64,000 nt of DNA from Lama guanicoe (taxonomy: Eukaryota), in the NCBI GenBank assembly GCA_013239625.1, contig MU053561.1, forward strand, positions 4,881,214 through 4,945,213, written 5' to 3'. Below are positions 12,703 through 23,450 of this stretch, in pieces. Each line of letters begins with the position of its first letter. Positions within the stretch are counted from its first letter, which is position 1. Under the pieces are notes generated by a model that searched no databases, was not told where the DNA came from, and was given only the letters and a program-made list of their open reading frames with translations. Both the position numbers and the translations under genes were made by a program.

Positions 12703-13218
12703 TGTGATAATTAATTTTATGTGTCAACTTGACGAGGTACCCAGATACTAAATCAAACATTATTCTGGGTGTTTCTGTAAGGGTGTTTTTGGATGAGGTT
12801 AACACTTGAATCAGTAGAACGAATAAAGCAAATTGCCCTCCCTAATGTGGGTGGGCCTCATCCAATCAGTTGAAGGACTGAATAGAACAAAAAGGCTGAC
12901 TCTCTCTTGAGTAAGGGAGTATTTTTCTTGCCAGCCCACCTTTGAACTGGGATATCAGCTTTTTCTTGCCTTTGGACTTGAACTGAAACATCAAGTTTTC
13001 CTTGGTCTTGAGTCTATGACTTTCAGATTGGAACTTACACCATCTGCTCTCCTGGGTTTCCAGCTTGCCAACTCACCTTGCAGGTCTTGGGACTTGCCAG
13101 CCTCCATAATCACATCATTCAATTCCTTCCTATGTGGAAAGAAGTCTCTTTGCATATATATATGTATTTACACAGGCATTCATTGGTTCTGTTTCTCTGG
13201 AGAATCCTGAGTAACACA
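12703..13218 (+). mobile_element. MLT2 (ERV-L) solo LTR
   Basis: Starts tgtgataattaattttatgtgtcaacttgac; contains gccctccctaatgtgggtgggcctcatccaatcagttgaagg; ends ggttctgtttctctggagaatcctgagtaacaca. Confidence 0.9.
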
Positions 13219-13263
13219 GTGTCCATCATCCAATTCCCCTCTCTAGTTTTGGGAGTTTCCTAG

Positions 13264-13775
13264 TGTATTAATCAGAGCCCTCCAGAGAAACAACCAAAAG
13301 CAAATATATATATATATATGAAGAGATTTATTATAAGAAATTGGCTCATGTGATTGTAGAAGCCAAGAAGTCCCAGGATTTGTGGTCTGTAACCTGGAGG
13401 CTGAGGAGAGCTGGTGGTGTAATTCAGTCTGAATCTGAAGGCCTAAGAGCCAGGAGATCCAATGCACAGATTCCAATCCAGGTCTGAAGGTCTGAGTGAG
13501 AAGCAGGAGTGCTGAGAGCAGAGGATTGATGTCCCAGCTCAAGCAATCAGGCAGGAAGGCCTGAATTCTTCCTCTCTCCCCCATTTTGTTTTATCCAGAC
13601 CCTCAATGGATTGGATGATGCCCACCCACATTGGGGAGAGCAAACTGCTATACTGAATCCACTGACTCAAGTGCTAATTTCATCCAGCAACATCCTCACA
13701 GACACACCCACAAAAAATGTTTAGCCAAACATCTGGGCATTTGTGAGGCAGTCAAATTGACACATAAAATTGACC
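13264..13775 (-). mobile_element. MLT2 (ERV-L) solo LTR, opposite orientation
   Basis: tgtattaatcagagccctccagagaaacaaccaa...gagatttattataagaaattggctcatgtgatt...gtcaaattgacacataaaattgacc. Confidence 0.9.
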
Positions 13776-13789
13776 TCTTGGTGGGAGGC

Positions 13790-14159
13790 AATGCCCTGTT
13801 CCCTGCTACAGAAACCAAGAGTTATGTGGTCCTTCTCCCCACATCTTGGCTGTAGGGTGCAAGCACATGACCTGTGCTGGCCCAATCAGATGTACCTACT
13901 TGAGACTTTGCCTCTGTAGAGGGTGAGCTCAGAGAGAGGATTAGTTAGATCTCACTTCCTGTAGTGGCAGAGAGTGGCTGATAAAGAATGGTTGTCTTAG
14001 CTCTCCAAACATGCTGATTTTCTTCTCACTTTCCAAGCCTGGTCCTCCCACAACTAATGGTTTCTGAAAGCCCTCTGTATCTTTCCAATAAATGTCCTTT
14101 TCAACTGAAGATCTAAAGTCAGTCTCTGTTAGTAGTAACTAAGAACTCTGACTGGTACA
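13790..14159 (+). mobile_element. Old ERV-L LTR (LTR16/LTR33-like)
   Basis: gcacatgacctgtgctggcccaatcagatg; ccaataaatgtcctt...aactaagaactctgactggtaca end. Confidence 0.6.
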
Positions 14160-14479
14160 GAGATGAGGCCCATCTTTCAGGCTGGACACTTGGAATCAAG
14201 ACAGCCCTATTCCTGTTTTGTGTCATGTGTAAAATGACAAATGGCTCCAGCTGTAACTGAGTGAGTCAGCCATGGGAGGAGTGCTGAAGCCAAAGATCAT
14301 AACCACATCAATGACAGTAACAGAGTATTGAGCCTTTCCCAACTGCCAGACACTATGCTATGAGCGTCTCTTGCATTAATCAACTGATTATCACTACAAC
14401 TGTCTGTGGTTGGCAGCCTTATTATCCTCATTCTGTAGACAAAGAGGACCCTATTGTCATCATCAGTGACCATCTGATA

Positions 14480-15163
14480 TCTGTAATGGTGTTTGTAACT
14501 ATTTAACTGTATAATGGTTTAAAGGATTTTTCTCATGTTCTTGCTAACCAGGGTTAGGCTGGAAAGGAGGGAGGCTTGGGTGGTCTGCCCAACCCCCTGG
14601 TGGTGCTGCATGTAGGGATCATGCTCAGTGCCCTATTTTTGCCTCCAGTGCCCTCCTTTTGACCCTGACACTTCAGAAACAGTAGTTGAATGTTTTGTGC
14701 ATCTTGTTCATAACTCCCCTCAACTGCACATGTCTGCAGTTGTTTTTGACCCCTTGTGGTTTCCTTGTATCCTGTTGTTCCAGCTGCAGGCCTCAGCCTG
14801 CAGCAGGAGGTCCCAGGCCTCAACCTGCTTAAAAGGCTAATGTATTTATCAACCTGACTTTAAACTGCACAAATTTTTCTCTAGAGACCTTTTCCATGGA
14901 GCTCCTTCCCATGCATCCTTTGTTCTGGGTACAAGAATATTAAGACAGTCACAAAGCCAGAGGTGAACTTCATACTCAGCAGAGGGAAGGGGACCACCGC
15001 ATTTGCAAAAATAAGAACAACTTTGCAACAACTTGTTACTTACCCTGTATACAATCTCTGTGGAAACTAGCTCCACCCCCCTGAACTCTTGAACTTTTAC
15101 TATAAAATCCCCTACCTTCTCTCCCTAGCACACTCACAGTCTTAGAGGCATTAGCCCACTGTA
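14480..15163. mobile_element. ERV1-type LTR sequence, apparently composite
   Basis: 14550-14830 reads as LTR U3 on the minus strand; 14850-15163 has a plus-strand TATA (ctataaaatcccc) and an R-like segment. Confidence 0.5.
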
Positions 15164-15860
15164 CATCCACTATGGAGAACAGAATGGATGTTCCTTAAAA
15201 AACTAAAAACAGAGTTATCATATGATCTCGTTCCTGGGCATATATCCAGAAAAGATGAGAACTCTAATTTGAAAAGATGCATGCACCCCAATGTTCATAA
15301 TAAGGATAATAACACTGCCAAACACAGCAGCACTATTTAAAATAGTTAAGACATGAAGGCAACCTAAATGTCTATTGACAGATGTATGGATAAAGAAGAT
15401 ATGGTGTGTACACACACACAGACACACACACACAGAGGAATACTACTCAGCCATAAAAAGGAATGAAATGCCATTTGCAGCAATATGGATGAACCTAGAG
15501 ATTATCATACTGAATGAAGTAAGTCAAAGACAAATACTATATGTCATTTATATGTGGAATCTTAAAAAAATGATACAAATGAACTTATTTACAAACCAGA
15601 AATAGACTTACAGACAGAGAAAACAAACTATGATTACCAAGAGAAAGTGGGGGAGGGATAAATTAGGAGTTTGGGATTAATATATACACACTACTGTATG
15701 CAAAACAGATAAACAACAAGGACCTACTGTATAGCACAGGGAACCATATTCAATATCTTGTAATATATATTATATTATAATTATTATATATATATCACTT
15801 TGATATACACCTGAAACGAACACAATATTGTAAATCATTGTACCAAAAAAGGACTGAAAA
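15164..15860 (+). mobile_element. L1 3' end (ORF2 C-terminus and 3' UTR)
   Basis: WIKKIW...YYSAIKRNEMPFAAIWMNLEIIILNEVSQ; 3' UTR aacaacaaggacctactgtatagcacagggaac; (CA)n at 15410-15434. Confidence 0.9.
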
Positions 15861-15864
15861 ATAG

Positions 15865-16237
15865 AAGTGGAGAGAATATATCCTTACCCCTTGAATCTGG
15901 GTTTGCTTTGGCCAGTAGGATATGATGGAAGGCACTCTGAGTCTCAAGGTGCCTTGCACACTTCCACTTCCTCTTTTGGAATTCCACCACGTGAACAAAC
16001 CTGGGCTAACCTGTTGGAAGATAAAAGTCCATGTGGTGGTTAATTGTCCCAGTTAAGTCAATTCTAAATGAGTCTACACTGGGTAATCTCCAAACATGTG
16101 ACAGCCCACCCAAGATCAGCAGAGCTGCGTACCCAACCCACATCTGATAACAGAGTCAACCAAAGGTCAGCCAAATGCTTATTTCTTTAAGCCACTGAGT
16201 TTTGGAGCAGTTTGTTACATGGCAATAGCTAACAGAT
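15865..16237 (+). mobile_element. MLT1 (MaLR) LTR
   Basis: Ends tttaagccactgagttttggagcagtttgttacatggcaatagctaacaga. Confidence 0.75.
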
Positions 16238-16359
16238 GAACTGATGTCTTCACATCAGTACATTAAATAAATTACCATATATAAAAGCACCTAGAACAGT
16301 GCCTGGCCCATAGTAAGCTTTCAAAAACATTAGCTCTAATTATTGTTACACACAAATAA

Positions 16360-17060
16360 TGCCTGCAAAATATTCCATTATATGATGGTCTCTTATTTAT
16401 TCAAAGTCTTCATTTGTTGAACATTTATAGTGTTTCCACTTTGTTTCTACAATAAAGAATGCTGCAATCATTCTAAAATATACTTATTTTTGGTCTACTA
16501 ATGGGAAAGAATTCTTAAAAATGTAATTGCTGGATCAAAGTATATGCACATTTTAAATGATGATGGATAATAAAAATTTGCCTTTGGAAGAAGTTAATTT
16601 GTTTCTATCAGCATTGTATGAGATGACTGTTTCTCCTCACCATCAGCAGACCCAATATTATTTTAATGATTGCATAATGGTCTATCATTTATTTATTTAA
16701 CCAGTCTTCATTGTTGAACATTTAGGCTGTTTCCTTTCCCCCCCTATTATAAACAAGACAGTGATGAATATTCCAGTAGGTAAATCTTTTCACACATTCA
16801 TGGAAATTTCCTAAGGATAAATTCCTGGAAGTAGAATTTTTGAGTCCTCAGAAATATTAAATATATACCAGATTATACTCAAATGCAGCACTTACAGAAA
16901 TCTTCATTATGGAAAATTTCAAAAAATATACAAAAGAACAGAGAATATTATAAGAGCTACCCTCAAAGAGCCATCACTCAGAACCAGTAAGGATCAATTT
17001 ATGGCCAACCTATTTCATCTACAACTTCTCAATTTGGCTAGATTATTTTGAATCACATCC
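16360..17060 (-). mobile_element. Ancient L1ME-type fragments
   Basis: ttgttgaacatttaggctgtttcc...tattataaacaagacagtgatgaatatt...ggataaattcctggaagtagaatt. Confidence 0.6.
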
Positions 17061-18049
17061 AAAGGGGATGTTTTTAGTGTTCTTTCATTTGAGCAGCTGA
17101 GCATTCAGAAGACAAATGAAAGGCTCCCTTTTCAGAAGGGGTCCTCGTGGGAATCTCCTGTGACCACAGCCCAGGCCCTTGGCCAGGCGAGGGCCTCAGT
17201 GGGGGGCACAGGGACCTGTGGGAAGCCCTGGTGCACTGTGCTTATTCCCTGCCCCATGGACGCCAACCATCCTGCAGGAAATGACTAACCCAGCCCGCTT
17301 CTGAGGGTGGCCAGGGCTTTTTCTGAGTCTCTGTATTCCCCAGCTGCACGTCATTCTGCATTTGAATAAAGCAGCGGTAGATAACATAATCCCTCTGTGG
17401 CTCACAGAAGAGCAAATATTATGACTTATGTTTACAGTGATTGCGGCTGAGTGGAAAGCTCTTCTTTGGCCTCTGCTGAAATTTTCCAGGCTGAATGAAT
17501 TTTCTAATACTAGTGGGTTATATTGCATCGGCTGCAAGTCACACAATATTGGGACAGAAATACAAGCAGTCTCCTTTAATAAGAAAGTACAGTAATGGCT
17601 CAGTCCCTCCCCAGTTCTCAAGGCATATGAAGTAGGACTGCACCATAAAGCAAACTGCACTGTCTCTGAGATGTTGCTCTAAGGGGAAAAAGGCGGTAAC
17701 GTGAAGTCGTGTGCCAGTCAGCCTGCAGATAAAGAGCAGCAAGCAGCAGAGCTGTCTTCCAGGCCAGAATAGTAAGTGGAAGGAAGATGATTACTCAGTG
17801 TTGATTTCCAAATGTCAGATTGATTTCCAAATGTCAGATTCAAAGCACCCTCAAGAGTTCACTGCAATGATTCCCAAGATACTGTATTAGCTCCAGAGGT
17901 CATCCAGCCCTGCTTTAAATAATCCACGTGGCAATGCTTGTGTCATCAGAGTGCAAAGGAAAGGCCACAGGCTTTGAGGAAAACAGAACTGGGTTTGACT
18001 CAAACTCCACTATCTAATTGCTGAGCAACTTTGTGCAAGTTACTTGTTC

Positions 18050-18960
18050 ATTTGTTCATGTCTTCATTCACTCACTCAGCAAAAATGTTTTGAGCACCTG
18101 CAATGTGCCAGTTCTTGTGCCTGGCACCCTGGACTCCAAGGTGAGCAAGACATTGTCTGTCCTTCTGGACCATGTAGGGGACCATGCCTTGCGGTGATAA
18201 AGGTAAGAACAGAGTGACAAGGGGGCACACAGGTATTGGGTCACAACCTTCTTGGGGGTTTCTTGGGTGAAATCTAAAACTGGCTCAGTATACAGAGGGC
18301 ACGGAGAGACCAAAGAAAGAGGCAGACCACTCCAGATTGGTAGGTGGCAGGTGTAATAAGCAAGGGAACTTACTTACTGCACGATGAGTAGACTTCTGCC
18401 CCCACCAACCCCACCCACCCCGACAACCTTAAAAGTTTATATAGAGGCCTTAACTGGGTTTAGGCACATACGCTATCGAGATAGTCTCATCAGCACATCA
18501 CTATCTCAAGGCTATTTCCCTGGGGCAGCTTCTGGGAGCAGGGAAGGCAAGCAGAACCCACAGTCTAAGGACAGAGGAGGCAGGGAGGGACCTCTAACTG
18601 CTGGGGTCCAGCCTGCAGCTCAAACCAGTGGTCATGTCTTCTTACTGACCTCCCCCTACCACAGGAAAGAGGTCAGAGATCTTCCTAGAGAAAGTGCCAT
18701 CTTAGCTGGAATCTGAGAACCAGTGGTAGTCAGCCAGCCGGCTTGAGGGCAGGGTGAACAGGAGATTAACGTTTGTGGGTAGGAGGGTCCAGGCAGAGGC
18801 AACAGCCTCCAAAAGTTTGGAGAAAGAACTAAGAAGCACCCTTTGGGAATGAGAGTCGTGCAGCGTAGCTGGGGTGCGGTGTGAAACAATCTCCTCACTG
18901 ATGAAATAGGGTCAAGGTCAGAAATGCAAGGAATAAGTAAGCCATCATATGTAAAGTGCT
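18050..18960 (-). mobile_element. L2 LINE 3' end, split by an LTR
   Basis: ttcattcactcactcagcaaaaatgttttgagcacctgc L2 tail; L2-like sequence resumes after ~18665. Confidence 0.6.
18234..18663 (-). mobile_element. Solo LTR (MER73/MER74/MER88-like, ERV-L class)
   Basis: Minus strand has aggcctctatataaact TATA and ctgccacctaccaatctggagtggtctgcctctttctttggtctctcc U5. Confidence 0.65.
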
Positions 18961-21209
18961 GAGGAGGGAGCTGGGCACTGGGGTACAAGGGTGGCAGTCG
19001 ATGGCAGGGCCCTTCTCTTGTCTCCCTGTGGCGCCATGGGGCAGCCCTTTCCCACCTCAGTGCCATGCTCACACTCTTACTTCATCTCCCTCTTCTTGGC
19101 TGCCTCCTCGGTTTAATACCAGCTATGAACATCCACGTCTGTCCGCCTCCCTACCCATGTCCCAGAAAATGAAAATGGGCCACCTAACACACAAGCCCTG
19201 ACCTCAGTTCTGTATTTTATTCAGATTTTCCCCAACCAAGCAGAACTGGAATCAGAGACTGTGGCTGCTGGCTACTCTGGGGATGGATCTTAAAGCCATG
19301 GTTTGTTTCATGGTAGCGAGGAGAGAAATCTGGTCAGGAAACTCCAGAAAATCATTTCTCAGCCATGTGTCTTCCCCTGAATGGCAGCCAGAGATCACTC
19401 ACCAAGGCGTGGACAGCAGCTCGGCAGCTCATCCAGAAAAGAACTGCAGCCAAGGTGCCAGGGAGCTCGCACTCCGTATTTGGTGACGGCAGCTGGCTGG
19501 CAGGCAACTCCCGGGGTCAGCAGGACCAGATTATGAGAGGCCAGGCAAATTAGCTCCCTAAGCCTTCCCAGAGAGTTCATTGTTGAAATTAACTTTCCAT
19601 CTGACGGAATGTGGTTGTGCTGTATTGAAAGCCAGGCTCTGAGTCAATAATGGCAGACCCGCTGGTGCTAGCTTTGCCAGTTCGTACTAGTTTGAGAGGA
19701 AACATGGACTGAATAGACTCTTCCCTGGTGCTGGGGGAGCCTCGGAGAGATGCTCCTATGCCCAGCTACCCTGAGGGCCTCAAAGCAGGCATTAACTCCT
19801 CTTCTTTGGAGTCTATGGAAAGTGGACTGACTCAATGGAAAGCCCAAATCAACGAGCTGTGCTTTCAAGTAAGGAAAAGGAAAGAAAAGAACAAACAGGT
19901 GGCGCTCTACAGTAAAGCAAAATGTTTGTATTTATAAGAAGAAACCTTTCTGACTTCCTCTTCACTCTCCCCTCCATGCCATCCAGGCTGCAGCATTGCT
20001 GACTCTATTCTTGGCATTGCTCGTGCCTTCAATTTAGAACCACATGAAGGAGGCAGGCATCCTTCTCCTCGGTTTATTGAACTGGATCATTTTTCATTAT
20101 GTGTTACAAGGGACGATTGTGGCTGAGCGAGAACGCAGTCATCGCAAGTGTGATTATCTCCCACATCTATTCACACCCATTCCTGTGCATGGGCTTAGAC
20201 TTTGTAGCTGGGGGAGGAAGAAAGCAGGGGTTTCGTGGATCTGTCTTCCACCTACCTCCCTGGCCTGGGGTTACTCTCCACAGGGCTAAGGATCTGAAAC
20301 TATGGAGTTATTTCCATGGAAGATGCTAAGATTCTGGACACATCTGGGATGCTTAGGACCCAGGTGACAAAGTGTGGCCTGGGAGTGGGAAGAAGTCGTT
20401 CTCCTGCTGCACAGAACCCAGTGCCATGTGAGGCCTGTGGCCTTGGAAGGCTCCTTCTAGCAGCTTAATGGGTGAGTGGAAAGCAGAGAAAGAGAACATC
20501 CAGGGCAGCCCCAGCCCCTAGTGGTTGCTGCAGCCAGAAGCCCAGCCTGTGGTCCAACAGGAGCCTCTCCTAAGAATTTACCAAGCGCCTCTTAAAAGGG
20601 GCTCGATTCTGCTTGGGCAGGGGAAGGGCTTGCTCAAGTCAAGATCATTGCATTTGAGGCATAAACAATTGCGCTCCCAAACTGGGAGGCTCTGGGTCAT
20701 GTGGGAGAATTTGTGTAGGCAGAGTGTTAGCAACACTTTCTTGCAATGTCCCTGGCTCCAGCTGAACTTAGAGATGACTCTCCAGGATCTACTCTGAAGA
20801 GCAGGAGGCATTTCCTCACATCACTCAGATGAGGGATTTCATAACTGAGGTGAGGACCCAGAGCTTGCTGCCTCTGTGGGAGGTCCTTGGCGATGGGAAG
20901 CGGTGGGAACAGACAGGCTAGCCAGTCACGGGCAGGAGGAAAAGAAATGGACTCAGGAGGTTACTCTGAGCAGCTAGTGTTGCCACAGACAGAATTTCGT
21001 TTACTTTACAGCAGAGCAAATTGACAGGGACAATTGTGTGATCTTCTAAGGAGAAATCAGCAAAGCCAGAAAATCTATCTCTAGGAAGTGCTTCTTTTAT
21101 TCTGGAATTTCAATGGGGTGAGAGTTAACACAGCAAGTTCTAGCTTAGGGATCGAAACATTCTAGAGGCCTTCAACCAAAGACTCCAAGATACCCTAACA
21201 CCCACTTAC

Positions 21210-21395
21210 TAGTAACTCTCTAAATGTGGTCCAAATGCCAACCTGTATAAGCTCTTGGGGTGCTGGTTAAAAGTGAAATTCCTTAGTCCCACCCAAACTC
21301 ACTGAATCAGATTCCGTTGGGGAGGATCTGGGATTCTATTTTTATGACAACTACCCAGAAAATTACTATGCACACTAAAATTTAAGAACACATTG
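21210..21395. mobile_element. MER5-type hAT-Charlie element
   Basis: ctctctaaatgtggtcc...cactgaatcaga...tatgcacactaaaatttaagaacacattg. Confidence 0.75.
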
Positions 21396-21429
21396 TTTCC
21401 AAATGTCAGATTCAAAGCATTTGTTTATA

Positions 21430-21628
21430 CCTGTGTTGTCCAATACAGTAGCTATGAACCACCCGTGACTGTTTAAATTAATTAAAATTAAACAAAATTT
21501 TAAAATCCACATTCTCAATCATGCTTGCCATATTTCAAGTGGGTAATAGCCCCATGTGACTAGTGGCTGCTATATTGGACAGTGCAGAACATTTCCATCA
21601 TCACAGAAAGTTCTATTGGACAGAGCTG
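21430..21628. mobile_element. MER3 hAT-Charlie element
   Basis: ctgtgttgtccaatacagtagc...atgtgactagtggctgctatattggacagtgcagaacatttccatcatcacagaaagttctattggacagagctg. Confidence 0.85.
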
Positions 21629-21978
21629 GCTGTAAGGAACATTGTAAATAGGAGTTAGAATGTTACAAATATTTTTATGCTAATATGTGAAGCTTAATCC
21701 ATTTTTTCCTACAAAAATGCTGTTTGCTCCTAAGAGTGAGATTTGAGTTGGTTAGTATTGATCTGTGATGATATGGCTGTCCCTGTGGGTCACCTTCTTT
21801 GCTGCCTCTTGGCTGGGCAGTACAGAGCCATTGGAGGAATATATCTGGGTAAGTATAATCAGATACACTAGCCTAATACACTTCTGAGTGAGTATAGTCT
21901 CATGGCCACCCCTCGGTGGAGCAATGGAGTCTTTGTGCAAAGCCAGAGTCTCCCATGGCTCTGGGCTAACACAAACCT

Positions 21979-22094
21979 GGGCCAGTGCACATGGTTGGGC
22001 AAGTCAACTGTCGTTGGACTTCAGCCCCACGTGCCACCTCAGCCAGGCACCTTTGCACAGTGAACAACCTATACAACCTTATGCAGCAGCCCTG
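21979..22094. mobile_element. MER91-like hAT-Tip100 element
   Basis: gggccagtgcacatggttg ... ttgcacagtgaacaacctatacaaccttatgcagcagccctg termini. Confidence 0.55.
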
Positions 22095-22849
22095 AGTGGG
22101 AAGCAGCTTTAGTTGATGTTGCAGATTTCTTTATTCAAAAAACACAAAGCTTTAGTGTCCTATGTTAACACAGCTCTGAAGAGTAGGCCTCATGCTGAGC
22201 ACCGGGCACCCAACAGTCTAAGACAGACGGTCACTGTCTTCAAGTTGTTTGCAGCTGAGTTGAGAAGGAGCTTGGAATTAAACAGAACATCCAGTGCAGC
22301 GTGGTGCAGGGCAGTGGTGGAGGGACTGCTTTCATACCAGGAGATTAACCATCTTGGAGCAGGCAGGGAAGTCCTCCTGGATACAGAAGAAAGACAAGGA
22401 GCCAAGTGAACAGGGTGAGGAAAGGCAGCGTGAGCAGAGGGAACAGCAGAATGGAAGGTGAGGGGAAAGCAGCCTGGTGTTTGGCATCTAAGCTGCTGTT
22501 GCCAGAGCTGAAGGTATGCGCCAAAGAACTGGAGATGAGGCAAGGGAGTCTGGCAGAGGCTGAGGCTGGAGTCACGAGGCTGGGGCTTCATCCTGCTTCG
22601 AAGGGGAGTTGTGGAAAGGCTTTCAGGGACTCAGATTGTCATTTTAAATAGATAGTTGTGAAAAACGTAAGTTATAACGTATTTGTAGGTTGCATTTTAT
22701 TTTGTCAGATTGCATTTGATCCTTACCAAACCCCTTAGAGAAGCAAGATAGACGTTGTTCACCACTTTACAGTAGAGGGGAACAGGCTCAGAGACATGGC
22801 ATCACTGGCCCGGGAGTCACGTGACCCCTGGTGAAGCACTCAAAGGGTT

Positions 22850-23450
22850 TAAAAATTATTTTAACATTATTATTTCCTAATTATAAAAGCAATATGTGTT
22901 TACAAGAAAATGTGGGAAACTAGGTAAAAATATGAAGAAAATAAAATTCACCCACAAATCCACACTTACTATTACTATCTTACTGTATGAACTTTCAGTC
23001 ACAGATGAGCACACACACACAATACTATTTATACCACAAAAATAAATTTTATATCTATATATAACATACAGATATTATACATCCTATATATGTTATGCAT
23101 ACTATTTTTATATATTAGAATTCTGTATCCTGCTTTTATCACTTTACAGCTTCCCATAAGCAATTTTATATGTCTTTAGATAGTGTTTGGAAGTAAGATT
23201 TTCAATGGCCACAAGGATTGATAATTTCTTTAATTAATTCCTTGTTTGGGGACATTTTTAGGTTGCTTCTGAGTTTTTGCAATATAAATATGCTTTAAAG
23301 AACATTACTATCACCTTTGGACACATTTCTTTTTAAAAAACTACTGTGTCAAAAAGCACAAGCCCCTTTAAGGCTCCTGATACCTGCTGCCAAACTGCCC
23401 TTCAGAAAGGTCGTAAGAATTTGCTCTCCTGCCAAATGGGTGTGACGATG
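22850..23450 (-). mobile_element. Ancient L1ME-type fragment
   Basis: AT-rich ctaattataaaagcaatatgtg...ggacatttttaggttgcttc...tgccaaactgcccttcagaaagg. Confidence 0.6.

Noticed and set aside
8929..21419. CRISPR-like or other prokaryotic repeat-spacer system among the short direct repeats
   Set aside because: Only 2-3 copies each, no regular spacers, no cas or operon-like genes, and the DNA is clearly mammalian.
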